Shown: in pieces, positions 9,145-19,424 of the stretch | How positions within the stretch are numbered: position 1 is the stretch's first letter | Layout of the letters: every line of letters begins with the position of its first letter | NCBI GenBank assembly: GCA_048882325.1 | Contig: JBHLRS010000004.1 | Coordinates: 19,762-83,761 of the forward strand | Origin: Candidatus Thorarchaeota archaeon | GTDB lineage: Archaea > Asgardarchaeota > Thorarchaeia > Thorarchaeales > Thorarchaeaceae | Reading direction: 5' to 3' | Length of the DNA stretch: 64,000 nucleotides | Made by a program: the position numbers and the translations under genes | Notes under the pieces: generated by a model | What the model was told of the DNA's origin: nothing | What the model saw: only the letters and a program-made list of their open reading frames with translations | Database searches by the model: none

Positions 9145-10530
9145 GTGACATCATTGAACGACGCCACTCAAGATATCTTTGATAAACCAGTGAAAAAGAA
9201 GGGATTCTCCGTTGTTATAAAGAACAGAGACTTCACTAAACTCTGGATTGGACAACTTATATCCAATATAGGCTCTTCAGTAGGGAGTCTTGCCCTCTTG
9301 TTCTATGCGTTTGCACTGACTGGCTCAGAACTGGCAATGGCAGGTCTGGCAATGATGCAAATTTTACCTATGGTTCTTTTCTCTGGATTAATTGGAGTAT
9401 ACATAGACCGATGGGATCGAAAAAAGGTCATGATTGCAGCTGACATCGTTCGCGCGGTTGTCACACTTCTCTACCCCTTTGTTGCATTATTTCCCTCTAT
9501 TGTCAGTCCTCTCATGTGGTTGTATGTCCTAGCATTTGTATACGCAACAAGCAATGCTTTCTTCTTCCCTGCAAGGAGTGCATCTATTCCTAGACTTGTT
9601 GACAGAGAAGAACTAGTGACTGCTAACTCCTTGGCTCAAATGACATTTCAACTCGTGGCTCTAATCTTCACGCCTCTCGGGGGAGCACTGATGGCCATTG
9701 TTGCACCAGACTACCTCGTGGGATTCTTGATAGATGCATCTTCTTTCGTTGCATCCGGTATTGTACTCTCAACTATCAAAACATCGCTTATACCTGAGAT
9801 GGTGCCAGATATTGAAAGAAAGTATATTCGTGAATTAAGTGAGGCAGGAGGAATTGTAAGAAGAAGTGCAATTGTCTCATTTCTCCTTGTAATATTCACC
9901 GCACTAATGTTTCTTGGTGGAATGTTAAATGCCATCATTGTTCCATTCTTCCAAGGGGAACTTGGTTTTGACGAGTTCTTATTCAGTTTGATAATGAGTG
10001 GTAGTGCAGTGTCTGGGGTGATTGCTGCGGCTATTCTTGGACAGAGGTCAACCATAAAGCGACCATTCTATCTAATGATGGGAGCGATGGTCATCGTTGG
10101 AGTTGTGATGAGCCTCCTCTCCTTTGTCCCAGCAGGGGACTTCCTTCCTGCTCTATTACTCATGTCAGTTGTGGGAGCTGTGAATGTAGCTATTGGGGTA
10201 CCAAACGCCGCGATCATGCAAGAAATCATCGAGGATAAGATGAGGGGTAAGGTGTTCTCACTCCAAAGCATGATGATTAACACAGCTCAACTTGGAGGTA
10301 TGGCTGTTGCAGGTGTGTGGGCGGAGTCGGTCAGCTCAAGTAGGCCGCCTATCTTTGTCGCAGGCACTGGAGCTTTGCTAATAGCAATGATAGGACTTGC
10401 ACTAGTTGCGACCAGGGGACTGCACGGTAAACTTTGGCAGGTCAGAGAAGATCGTGAGAGGATACTCACAGAAACCAAAGGTGAAGCTGAATCAACTGAA
10501 GAGGATTTCGACACAATAGAGTATACTTGA
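9145..10530 (+). CDS. MFS transporter (DHA3/macrolide-efflux-like)
   Basis: 12 TM helices, [32 protein letters not shown]. Confidence 0.9.
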   Translation: MTSLNDATQDIFDKPVKKKGFSVVIKNRDFTKLWIGQLISNIGSSVGSLALLFYAFALTGSELAMAGLAMMQILPMVLFSGLIGVYIDRWDRKKVMIAADIVRAVVTLLYPFVALFPSIVSPLMWLYVLAFVYATSNAFFFPARSASIPRLVDREELVTANSLAQMTFQLVALIFTPLGGALMAIVAPDYLVGFLIDASSFVASGIVLSTIKTSLIPEMVPDIERKYIRELSEAGGIVRRSAIVSFLLVIFTALMFLGGMLNAIIVPFFQGELGFDEFLFSLIMSGSAVSGVIAAAILGQRSTIKRPFYLMMGAMVIVGVVMSLLSFVPAGDFLPALLLMSVVGAVNVAIGVPNAAIMQEIIEDKMRGKVFSLQSMMINTAQLGGMAVAGVWAESVSSSRPPIFVAGTGALLIAMIGLALVATRGLHGKLWQVREDRERILTETKGEAESTEEDFDTIEYT

Positions 10531-10565
10531 AAACAGATAATAGACCTACTAGTTTGATAATAACT

Positions 10566-10895
10566 ATGAAAGGACTACAGATTGAGGATATTATTGAAGG
10601 AACTGGGGATTTACCGAAACAGGGACAGACTGTTGTTGTCCACTATACTGGTTGGCTGACTGATGGAAAGAAGTTCGATAGCTCAGTCGACAGAGGTGAG
10701 CCATTCGAGTTTCAGATTGGAATCGGACAAGTCATCCAAGGTTGGGATCAGGGTGTTGCAACTATGAAGGTTGGTGGGAAAAGAAAGTTGACAATCCCAC
10801 CAGAGCTAGCATATGGAGACCGCAATATTGGTGATGGACTAATCCCTCCAAACTCAACTCTAATCTTCGAAGTTGATTTGTTGGATCTGAAATAG
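10566..10895 (+). CDS. FKBP-type peptidyl-prolyl isomerase
   Basis: [43 protein letters not shown]. Confidence 0.95.
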   Translation: MKGLQIEDIIEGTGDLPKQGQTVVVHYTGWLTDGKKFDSSVDRGEPFEFQIGIGQVIQGWDQGVATMKVGGKRKLTIPPELAYGDRNIGDGLIPPNSTLIFEVDLLDLK

Positions 10896-10941
10896 GAAGG
10901 TTCTATATTCGTTCAATACAAGCCTCTCAGGAGGAAGAAGT

Positions 10942-11310
10942 TTGAAGACACTATCTTTTGATGCCCAAGATGTGCAAAGAGTCATCAATTATCTTTCTAG
11001 CAATTATGCGGCCGTGACCAGGAAGATTTCAGAGAATGATCAGAGTATAATGGCTATTTTCATCCATGAAGAGTACGTTTTCAGAACAGGGTCATATCAA
11101 ACTCTGACATCTATTGTTGAATCAAAAGGGGATTTTGGACAGGCCACCCTCACCGTCGTCGGTAGCGGAGGTGGTGAAGGAATCTGTAATTTCAATTGGG
11201 GATCTCAGTCTGCTGGAGAGGATACAGTGATTCGAAATGTTCAACAAATAATCCGCCAGGGATATGTGAGGGAAGATTACGATAGGCATTATTACGAAGG
11301 TCAGAGATAG
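10942..11310 (+). CDS. DUF6054-like protein
   Basis: EEYVFR...VGSGGGEG..FNWGSQ pattern; SD AGGAGG upstream. Confidence 0.55.
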   Translation: MKTLSFDAQDVQRVINYLSSNYAAVTRKISENDQSIMAIFIHEEYVFRTGSYQTLTSIVESKGDFGQATLTVVGSGGGEGICNFNWGSQSAGEDTVIRNVQQIIRQGYVREDYDRHYYEGQR

Positions 11311-11404
11311 ACCCTGAGAGTGTGTTTTGATCTATTTTGAGATTTGCTAACGTCCTAAAACTCAGCACAGACTTATACGGATTCATGAGCGGTGACATTC
11401 CAAT

Positions 11405-12289
11405 ATGAGTGAATATAACAAAGATACAAGATATGCAATTCGCGATGAATCGGGAAATTATCTTCCTCCATTTCCAGTAGACCCAATAAGGCTAGCAAAA
11501 GATACTCGCAAAACAGTCTGCAAGTCTCAAGATGGAATGCTTCTGCGTAAGTATACGAGGTTTTACGCTGTGGGTGTCTATGGAGGCATAGCAACTGCCT
11601 ATTCAGTAGGATGCAATTATCGATGCGTCTTCTGTTGGGTTGACTGGAGTAGAGATTGGCCAGAGAAGTATGGAAAGTTTTACTCCCCCACCCAGGTGTA
11701 TCAAGAGCTCAGACAGATAATGAAAGTCCAGGATCTTCGCAAGGCACGTATTAGTGGAGCAGAACCTACATTATGCCCGTCACACTTGCTAGGTGTCCTC
11801 GATCTAGTCCATGAGAACAGGGATAAGTTCAATCTTTTTGTAATCGAGTCAAACGGTGTTGTCATCTCACAGGACCGAGAGTTTGTCAGGAAGATTGTCG
11901 AATATGCATCGTCGGATTCGAACACAGTTGGACATGTGAGGTTGTCTATCAGAGGTGGACTTCCAGAATCCTTCGAGGAGAAGACTGGGTGTCATGGTAA
12001 ATTCGTAGACCTTCCATTCATCGCAGCCAAACGTCTTTGGGACGAGAATGTATTATTTCATGTTGCTGTGGTAGTCGATCCGCGTTTCACATCTGAGGAT
12101 GAAAGACAGGTAATCTATGACAAACTCTCAGACATAGATGTATCAGTTAGACGAAGCGTTGAGGAAGAATTCCTTGATCCCTATCCTCATGTGTTAGTTA
12201 GACTACGAGCAGTCGGACGTAACGATGTAACAGGAAAAGAAGTAACCCGCATGGAAGAACGATTGCTCCGTGAGCGACTAGATTTGTGA
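11405..12289 (+). CDS. Radical SAM protein (archaeal COG5014-like)
   Basis: GCNYRCVFCW (CxxxCxxC), RISGAEP, ESNG. Confidence 0.85.
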   Translation: MSEYNKDTRYAIRDESGNYLPPFPVDPIRLAKDTRKTVCKSQDGMLLRKYTRFYAVGVYGGIATAYSVGCNYRCVFCWVDWSRDWPEKYGKFYSPTQVYQELRQIMKVQDLRKARISGAEPTLCPSHLLGVLDLVHENRDKFNLFVIESNGVVISQDREFVRKIVEYASSDSNTVGHVRLSIRGGLPESFEEKTGCHGKFVDLPFIAAKRLWDENVLFHVAVVVDPRFTSEDERQVIYDKLSDIDVSVRRSVEEEFLDPYPHVLVRLRAVGRNDVTGKEVTRMEERLLRERLDL

Positions 12290-12398
12290 GCTTTAGCTCG
12301 TGTATTTCATTCCCTTTTTGCGAAAATCGCAATGAAATAACGATAAAATTGAGGTTATTACCACAATTATTATATACTTTTGTGGAAAAAACAGAAAG

Positions 12399-12512
12399 TG
12401 AAGTGTTGAGAGGCGCAAACTCCCTCCTGAAATCCTAACATTATCCTCTCCTCCTCAAGCAACCATGCGAACCTCAATTTTTCTGCGCCTCTCTCACCTT
12501 CAAACTACTTCT
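12399..12512 (+). ncRNA. Putative stem-closed CU-rich small RNA (copy 3)
   Basis: TATA TTATATAC (12370-12377), 10-bp stem GAGAGGCGCA (12408-12417)/TGCGCCTCTC (12484-12493), CUCCCUCC and CCUCUCCUCCUC in loop. Confidence 0.5.
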
Positions 12513-12546
12513 ACAAATTTCATGTGCGAAAAAGAAAAGACAATCT

Positions 12547-12936
12547 CTACATCTGAGGTATCATATTCATGACAATGGGAGCATAGCCATGGGAGAACAC
12601 CTCAACCACAAAGGGATCGCTGGCTTCAGCAACTTTGGTCCATGACCCGTTGTCACGGCGATAGTATGCAAGCTGTGCATTGCTGTGACGAATCTCGATG
12701 ATTGACTTCGGAGGGATACGATTGAGATCAGCCACTTCAAGTGACTGTTCATTCTTCGATTCACCATCCTCAGGTCTAGACAGGAAGACTGAGAAAATCC
12801 CTCCAGCATCTGGTAGAAGCAGAGCAACATGAGGTCGGTCAACGGAGTTCCACCTCTTTGGGACAGGTGGATAGCGACAGGTGAATGCACCTGATGCTGA
12901 CCGAAGAACCAGATAAGTACCCTCGTCTATCGTCAT
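12547..12936 (-). CDS. Hypothetical protein
   Basis: ORF with ATG (MTIDEG) downstream of a GAGGT SD. Confidence 0.55.
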   Translation of the reverse strand: MTIDEGTYLVLRSASGAFTCRYPPVPKRWNSVDRPHVALLLPDAGGIFSVFLSRPEDGESKNEQSLEVADLNRIPPKSIIEIRHSNAQLAYYRRDNGSWTKVAEASDPFVVEVFSHGYAPIVMNMIPQM

Positions 12937-13221
12937 GGAGTCATTTACCTCTAGCGTGCTTTGCGAATGTTGGGATATTCTCGTACTGATTGTCACATAG
13001 GATACTTACGCGAAAGCGTATATAACCTTCAGGCGAGCGCGTCTCGAGAAACCGACCCTCCAGAGATTGAATAGAGCTCGACTAGACGCCGTTTCGGGAG
13101 ATGGTCTGCAAATAACCTCTTCGAATCGTGCAATGCGAAGAAAGCTACTAGAAGTTGGATTTTCGATGTGCTTCCCTCTTTTCGAATGACTTAACAAATG
13201 GCCAGTCTGAAAGTTGGTGTC

Positions 13222-13896
13222 TTATTCACGATTTGAGAGAGCAGCAGCCAGGACCTCATCTAAGGAATGGAACACTCTGGACGCACCTGCATCATAGAGG
13301 TCGTCCACAGTTGTTTCACCAGTGGCAACACCCCAGAATTCGATACCAGCTCGAGTTGCTGCAGCGCCATCAATGAGAGCATCACCAACGTAGACGACTT
13401 CATCAGGTTGCATACCCAATTCAGTGGTCACTTTCAAAAGACCATCGGGGAAGGGTTTAGGCTTAGGAGATTCGTGCCGAGTCTGAATGAGGTCAAAGTT
13501 CTCAGCCAGGGGGATCTGAGTCATGATTTTATCCAGAGCCGGACGACCGTTGTTAGTTAGAATTGCAAGTTTGAATCCAACATCACGAAGTTTCTTGATT
13601 ATCTCTAAGGATCCATTAATCAGAGTTGCAGTGGCTGCAGCGAATCCCTCATGCTGACTGAGAATAGAGTCCAATTCAGTTTCCATAGCGTCCCACTGTC
13701 CTTGAGAAAGTCCATTATTCAAGAAATAGTCCCGAGCTTTTCCTGTTGCGCTAGAGATTCCGTCAGCAGGTTCGAAGAGAGTTGAGGGAACCCCTCTTGA
13801 AATGAAGTACTTCTTGGTGTCATTCCTCATCGCCTCAAGAGGGAGAGTCAGATGGGTTATTGTCCCATCCATGTCAAACACCAAGGCTTTCAACAT
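13222..13896 (-). CDS. HAD-IA hydrolase, phosphoglycolate phosphatase-like
   Basis: FDMDGT, LTNN, KPFPDG, VGDALID. Confidence 0.85.
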   Translation of the reverse strand: MLKALVFDMDGTITHLTLPLEAMRNDTKKYFISRGVPSTLFEPADGISSATGKARDYFLNNGLSQGQWDAMETELDSILSQHEGFAAATATLINGSLEIIKKLRDVGFKLAILTNNGRPALDKIMTQIPLAENFDLIQTRHESPKPKPFPDGLLKVTTELGMQPDEVVYVGDALIDGAAATRAGIEFWGVATGETTVDDLYDAGASRVFHSLDEVLAAALSNRE

Positions 13897-13960
13897 AAGA
13901 GCCACCTTTCGAGAGCTATTGGAAACGGTACTTAAAGATAACCTTGAGTCAATCGATGTA

Positions 13961-14602
13961 TCAATCATAGAGAGTAGCTATGAAATCACGGATTGAGGAC
14001 TCTACTATTGGTAGAGACCTTTGATAGAAGTGACCTTCACCATCTAGGAGTTCTATCTTTATTGGTTCCGATCTAATAGCTTTAGCTATATCATATAGGT
14101 CGGTAAAAGGAATCATACTGTCAGATTTTCCATGAAACATCATTGTAGGACATTCTATGTTGATGAGCTGAGCAATATCAAAACCATCCTCTAAAATCAA
14201 GTACTTAGATGCACTGAGTGTTATAAGAAATGGAGGTGGTTTCAACAAGGCGAGTCTAATAGCTGTGGATGCTCCAAATGAGTATCCAACTATCGCAGTA
14301 TATTTGTTGTCTTTGTTTGATTCGAGAAATTCAATCGCATTCAGTGCATCCGTGATGGCACTGTCGATACCGGAGTAACCTTGAGGAGAAGATGGTGCAC
14401 CACGAAAATCGAATCTGAAAGTTGTAAAGTCTTCATCAACGAAGATGCGTTCCAAAGTTGTGACAACATGATTCTCCATATTGCCGCCATAGAGTGGATG
14501 CGGATGCAAAATGATGACATTTGTATTCTTGGAGGATTCCAGCTGGGTAATCTTTCCATGTATCTTGTATCCCTCGGACTTGAATTCTACAATGTGCATC
14601 AT
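13961..14602 (-). CDS. Alpha/beta hydrolase
   Basis: HPHPLYGGNM, RFDFRG, GYSFG nucleophile elbow, D...H. Confidence 0.9.
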   Translation of the reverse strand: MMHIVEFKSEGYKIHGKITQLESSKNTNVIILHPHPLYGGNMENHVVTTLERIFVDEDFTTFRFDFRGAPSSPQGYSGIDSAITDALNAIEFLESNKDNKYTAIVGYSFGASTAIRLALLKPPPFLITLSASKYLILEDGFDIAQLINIECPTMMFHGKSDSMIPFTDLYDIAKAIRSEPIKIELLDGEGHFYQRSLPIVESSIRDFIATLYD

Positions 14603-14689
14603 ATCTACATCTCTCCCTTCTGATAAACAAAGCCTAGGAGGGATTATCTTAAAGGTGCTGTTGCCACTGAGTAAAAAGAGAGTGAAGAA

Positions 14690-15694
14690 GTGAAAGATGT
14701 TGAAAATGCAGATATGAGAAGTATGGTGAGGGATTTTCCTAATCTACTTACTAGAGTAAAAATCGATCAAGATACTCAAGATATCTGTGTAAGACTTGGA
14801 GACGAGGGACTGGGAGGAGTTGCAATTCTTGGGATGGGAGGGAGTTCCATAGCAGGTCTCTATGTTCAAGCATTACTACAAGAGGCGGCGACATTCCCGG
14901 TGAGAGTAAACCAGGTGTATACATTACCAGCCTATGTAGACTCAAGATGGGCGACTATAGCTGTAAGTTACAGTGGTAACACTGAAGAAACTCTTGCAGC
15001 GTATAATCATGCCGCTCAACGCAACTGTCCCATCTTCGCAATCACATCAGGGGGACTGCTCCTATCAAAAAACATTAGCACAATGATCATCAAGATTCCG
15101 GGTGGTTTTCAACCGAGAGCTGCCTTCCCCATCTTCTTTTCTGTGGCCCTGAACCTAGTCGAATGCCTGGCTGGTGTTAATCTCACAGATTTCGATACAA
15201 TAAGTAAATCTCTCCTTGCGAAACTTGCTAAGTGGGATGACTCAGCGTTAACACCTAGAGCCATGGCTCAGGATTTTACAGGATATGTTCCAGTCTTCAT
15301 TGGTTCTTCGCATCTCACACCAGTTGCTTACAGAGCAAAATGTCAGATCAACGAGAATGCAAAAACCATGGCTTTCTATTCAGAGATTCCCGAAGCAAAC
15401 CATAATGAAATTGAGAGCTTCATAGCTGATAACGAGTTCAATATTCTTCCTGTGTTTCTAAGAAGCTCATACGAAGATGAACGGCTCAAAAGAAGGATGG
15501 ACATCACGACCTCACTTTACGAGGAAGAGGGATTTTCACCAATACGTCTTAGTATTGGGAGCAAAGACGAGTTAGAAGAGATGTTGGCACTTACACTCTA
15601 TCTCGACTTGGTTTCAGTAGAACTGGCGGAACTTCGAGGTGTAAATCCTGTTTCAGTGAATCAGATTTCTAGACTCAAGAAAGAGCTGGAATGA
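14690..15694 (+). CDS. Bifunctional phosphoglucose/phosphomannose isomerase
   Basis: GMGGS, SYSGNTEET, QPRAA, NENAK, PEANHNE. Confidence 0.9.
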   Translation: MKDVENADMRSMVRDFPNLLTRVKIDQDTQDICVRLGDEGLGGVAILGMGGSSIAGLYVQALLQEAATFPVRVNQVYTLPAYVDSRWATIAVSYSGNTEETLAAYNHAAQRNCPIFAITSGGLLLSKNISTMIIKIPGGFQPRAAFPIFFSVALNLVECLAGVNLTDFDTISKSLLAKLAKWDDSALTPRAMAQDFTGYVPVFIGSSHLTPVAYRAKCQINENAKTMAFYSEIPEANHNEIESFIADNEFNILPVFLRSSYEDERLKRRMDITTSLYEEEGFSPIRLSIGSKDELEEMLALTLYLDLVSVELAELRGVNPVSVNQISRLKKELE

Positions 15695-15702
15695 TTACTA
15701 TC

Positions 15703-16257
15703 CTATGCAAGACGTATAGTAGTGTTACCTGTGTAATCAAAATTGATGTATCGCCAAGTAATAGTATTTGGTTCGTCAAAGGTTATGAAACGAAAACGGA
15801 AAACAATCTGCCAATGCCAAGTATCAGAGTTGTAAGCAAGATTGACCGTATCTCGATCCCAAGTCGCTCCTGTCGTTTTAGCGAGCGTGAAGTTACGGTT
15901 ATAGTTCGGAAAGAGTGGCTGCAAACTCTCAGGTAATGTATATGCAAAGGAAGTGTAGGAGAGCAGATCATCATTCAGCGTGATTTGAGCACCCATGAAC
16001 ATAATACGGACATTACCCTCGATATCCGTATCACTGAAGAAGTTGAAAGTGAATGAAAGGTGAGGATACACCGTTTCATTTGTGGGGTCAACATTGCTGA
16101 CGGTTGTTTCTTGGATTGTCACCTCCAGACCCCCAGCCAGTGCATAGCTACCACCAAAGTATACTGCATTGCTGACCAAGAAGACCGAACTAAGGAGCGC
16201 TGCAATAATGGTGACTGAAATAATGACGTTCTGAGTTCTTTCACTCGCTATCATCAC
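15703..16257 (-). CDS. Membrane-anchored beta-rich hypothetical protein
   Basis: N-terminal TM helix, beta-strand-rich ectodomain with N-x-T sequons. Confidence 0.65.
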   Translation of the reverse strand: MMIASERTQNVIISVTIIAALLSSVFLVSNAVYFGGSYALAGGLEVTIQETTVSNVDPTNETVYPHLSFTFNFFSDTDIEGNVRIMFMGAQITLNDDLLSYTSFAYTLPESLQPLFPNYNRNFTLAKTTGATWDRDTVNLAYNSDTWHWQIVFRFRFITFDEPNTITWRYINFDYTGNTTIRLA

Positions 16258-16322
16258 ATCTCACACCCAAAAGCTTTGACACTCTCAATATGTTCCTTTT
16301 GCTCCACGCAGATTTCACCATC

Positions 16323-17189
16323 CTACAGGAACAGAGGAAAAGCTAAGAGATGAGCTATCCATGGGAAGAGGGCAAGTAATGCAGGAAGTGGTATGCCAGG
16401 TAATACCTCATCATCCCTTGCAATAATTGTCGCATTGATGATTATTCCTAGACTCGCTAGTAGGACGGACATGACCCATACGTAGAATGGAAAGAATAGT
16501 AAGGAGTGTGCAGAAATCAAAGCGAAGGCAATATAATCGCCCACTCCGACCGCAGCTGAACTAGTCTGTATTCGCGTATAGTCAAATGGATCAGAACCAG
16601 GTGTGTCAATCAGGACAGCTGCTTCAGCTGCTGGAGAGTAACGTGTAAGAAAATAATCTTCCATCACAACAACCACAACAAGAACAATCATACTCGCGGT
16701 GAGTGAAACTATTCCAAGAAATGTGCCAAACACACTTCCATAGAATACAACGAAGAAGTTTCTCAAATACGAAGGCACCGAGTCCATAAGGATGAATACG
16801 AAAGACATCAACAGGACACCCAGTGATGCAAGTGAAAGTACGCTAGCAATAATGTCAGCACCTTTGAAGAGAATGAATAGAAGTGACTGACCAACGATGA
16901 AGAACGAAATAGTAAGAATGGGTGATACAACAAGTGCAACCAATGTCCTTCTTGCAGCAGGTCCTCGCTTCTGAATAGTGTAGAAGAGAGAGAGAACGAC
17001 CAGAGATCCAAGGCCGGTTGATATTACTGTCTGAATGGCGATTTCAATGAAAGAATATTGTTGTTGACTATAACTAAGAAGCTCACCAAAGACTGTTGAT
17101 CCTAGGATCATACTGGCAAGCCCTCCACCAACAATGAATGGAAGAATGGAGAGTGCAATCACTGTGATTCGTGGTCTGTCAATCCTCAT
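16323..17189 (-). CDS. Presenilin/signal-peptide-peptidase-like GxGD intramembrane aspartyl protease
   Basis: ~9 TM helices, TM Asp (MEDY), GVGDY, C-terminal PGIP (PAL-like). Confidence 0.65.
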   Translation of the reverse strand: MRIDRPRITVIALSILPFIVGGGLASMILGSTVFGELLSYSQQQYSFIEIAIQTVISTGLGSLVVLSLFYTIQKRGPAARRTLVALVVSPILTISFFIVGQSLLFILFKGADIIASVLSLASLGVLLMSFVFILMDSVPSYLRNFFVVFYGSVFGTFLGIVSLTASMIVLVVVVVMEDYFLTRYSPAAEAAVLIDTPGSDPFDYTRIQTSSAAVGVGDYIAFALISAHSLLFFPFYVWVMSVLLASLGIIINATIIARDDEVLPGIPLPALLALFPWIAHLLAFPLFL

Positions 17190-17292
17190 GTGCGTGACCT
17201 TGGATTTCCTGTGTTATGTTGTATTAAAGGGGCTCTCTTTCACGCAATTATATGGGGAATGTAAATCTTCTTTCATCTCATTGATGAGATAT

Positions 17293-17328
17293 TAGAAAAA
17301 TAAAGGAGGAAGGGGACATTAGTCCCCT
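17293..17328 (-). terminator. Hairpin plus U-rich terminator of the SBP gene
   Basis: AGGGGAC/GTCCCCT stem followed on the minus strand by CU/U-rich tract. Confidence 0.6.
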
Positions 17329-17341
17329 AATAGTTGCTAAA

Positions 17342-19204
17342 CTACTTCTGTCTGAGCAGCACAAAACCACCGACAAGAATCACAACTGCAGCGCCAACTG
17401 CACCAGCCACGATAGCTAGAGTAAAGTTATCTCCTGTTGGTCCGGTTGTTGGTTCAGTAGTTGTGGTTGATGAAGTTGTTGTGGTTGTGGATGGTTGTGG
17501 GAAGTAGTGGAAGTCAGGGTTAGCTGAAATCTCGTAGAACTCACCAGGATCATAATCAGTGAGTTCGAATGGTCCGCAGTTGACGTTGGGCTCTGCAGGA
17601 TCGAACATTGGGTTCCAAGTGTTCCAACCTTCATAGCCAATACCATCGACATCGTTGAAGATGTGTTTTGGTATGATCCAGTCGGTTGCGAAGTTCGAGA
17701 AGTGCCACCAAGACTCAGTGCTGAACTCAATTACAGCTCTGTAGGGTGTTGGAGCATATGCAGCCACAAGATCAGTTAGGTCTGTTGCTGCAGGGTTTCC
17801 AAAGACACCGCTTTCAAAGAAGTAGGTGTAGCTGAAAGCCACATCCTCAGCTGTCAGAGCTGTACCATCAGTCCATGTCGCGTTCTGAATAATATCCACT
17901 GTGAAACGAGTATGACCATCGGGAACCGCTGCGTTGTCAGCATGTGTTTCGACTGTCAAAGTTTCAGCCAAGTTCGGATATGGTGTCAGATCAGGTGCGA
18001 TTGTGTACAGTGAAGGCCATAGGTTCTCTAGGATAGCGATCGAGTAAGCAGAGTTGGTAACGAAGATGTTGAAGCTGTCCGGTTCCTGGCTAATTGCCAC
18101 TGGGACAGTTCCACCTGGGGTACCATCAATCTTGTGGATCTTCCTGTAGGTCCATGGACCTGAGATGTAGCTACCAAGGTCGGGAACATGTCCAGTGAAG
18201 ACGTCGTTCCTGTAGCCTTGCATGTAGGTGTTCTCGTACACAACAAGTCTGGGTACGTTCTCCTGTAGGATCATCTGCATTGCAGCAGCTGCCTCATATA
18301 CTTCAGCATAATCGGTTCCGTACAGGAGCTGATCTCTCCAGCTGTCATAGGTTGCATTTACGAAATTAGTTGGGTTCTGGTATGGCACGTCAGCGTATTC
18401 ACTCCAGTATTCATAAGCAAGCCAGTCTACGTTATCACTTCCAAAGTTGAAAGCATAGAAGACCATGTCATAGTCTCCGTGGCTGTCTAGTCTGGAGATG
18501 TACTCGTTGAACTCAGCTGCCTGGGTTCTAGCATTTACATCTAGAGCCCTGAGAGCGTCAACACCAATCTGAGCTGTACCACCAGCAATCTCGGGTGATG
18601 ATGAGGCGTACTCAATGACCACATCGAATGGTGAGCCATCAGGTGCGAGCCTGTAGCCTGTACCAGGGTCAATGGTGAAGCCAGCAGCATCGAGAATTGC
18701 ATTTCCAGTGGCAACCTGAGCTGTGTAGTAGTGGTATGGCATATCATCTTCAATACACCAGCTATTTGGATAAGGCACAAGTGAATCTTGTTCCTGTGAA
18801 AAGCCGTCCATGATTTCTGATGTGACTGCTGTCTTATCAAAAGCATAGGCAAAAGCTCTTCGGAAAGCGCTGATGTTCAACGGATAGTCACGAGTGTTAA
18901 TTGTAATGTGACCATAACCGTTTCGGAGAGCACTGAAGATGTCTATATCTGGATCCAGGTCCAAAGCCTCAAGATGAACTGGATCAAAGAAACTATTGTC
19001 CATTTCAATCTCGCCAGCTTGGAGAGCAAGAATCCTCTGATCTTGGTTTGCTATAACTTTGAAAACAACTTTGTCTACATATGGTCCCACATTAAGATTT
19101 GCTGGGACATCGACAGCCACACCTAAAGCTGGTGAAACTGCCATAAATAGAAAAGCTGTGGCAAAGGATATAGCGACCAATCTTTTCTGACGATCAGTAA
19201 GCAT
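17342..19204 (-). CDS. Peptide ABC transporter substrate-binding protein (family 5), circularly permuted, C-terminal membrane anchor
   Basis: Signal peptide; RRAFAYAFD; GGT...EPDSFN; WTDGTALTAEDV; CGPF; Thr-rich linker, TM helix, RQK. Confidence 0.9.
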   Translation of the reverse strand: MLTDRQKRLVAISFATAFLFMAVSPALGVAVDVPANLNVGPYVDKVVFKVIANQDQRILALQAGEIEMDNSFFDPVHLEALDLDPDIDIFSALRNGYGHITINTRDYPLNISAFRRAFAYAFDKTAVTSEIMDGFSQEQDSLVPYPNSWCIEDDMPYHYYTAQVATGNAILDAAGFTIDPGTGYRLAPDGSPFDVVIEYASSSPEIAGGTAQIGVDALRALDVNARTQAAEFNEYISRLDSHGDYDMVFYAFNFGSDNVDWLAYEYWSEYADVPYQNPTNFVNATYDSWRDQLLYGTDYAEVYEAAAAMQMILQENVPRLVVYENTYMQGYRNDVFTGHVPDLGSYISGPWTYRKIHKIDGTPGGTVPVAISQEPDSFNIFVTNSAYSIAILENLWPSLYTIAPDLTPYPNLAETLTVETHADNAAVPDGHTRFTVDIIQNATWTDGTALTAEDVAFSYTYFFESGVFGNPAATDLTDLVAAYAPTPYRAVIEFSTESWWHFSNFATDWIIPKHIFNDVDGIGYEGWNTWNPMFDPAEPNVNCGPFELTDYDPGEFYEISANPDFHYFPQPSTTTTTSSTTTTEPTTGPTGDNFTLAIVAGAVGAAVVILVGGFVLLRQK

Positions 19205-19380
19205 GTTCTCTCTATCTCCTTTCCGTTCCGAGTCGATTTCGGATACAGACCGTTTGTGGGAGGCAAATAAAAGCGTTGTGTATGCTGTAACCGTTGTGTA
19301 CAGTGATACAATACATGAGACTGATGAGACAACTGTCTCAGGAAAGGCGACTTTCCTCGGATAAATGCGTGAAGATTAGA

Positions 19381-19412
19381 AAAAGAAAGGAAGTAGGAGC
19401 ATGAAGCTCCCA
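19381..19412 (-). terminator. Hairpin plus U tract after dppB copy A
   Basis: GGAGC/GCTCC stem, A-rich run on the plus strand. Confidence 0.55.
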
Positions 19413-19424
19413 CATACTTGATGA

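Noticed and set aside
12997-13221. GC-richer intergenic stretch as a tRNA or ncRNA
   Set aside because: No cloverleaf, T-loop or convincing long stem found; the short ORFs here lack support
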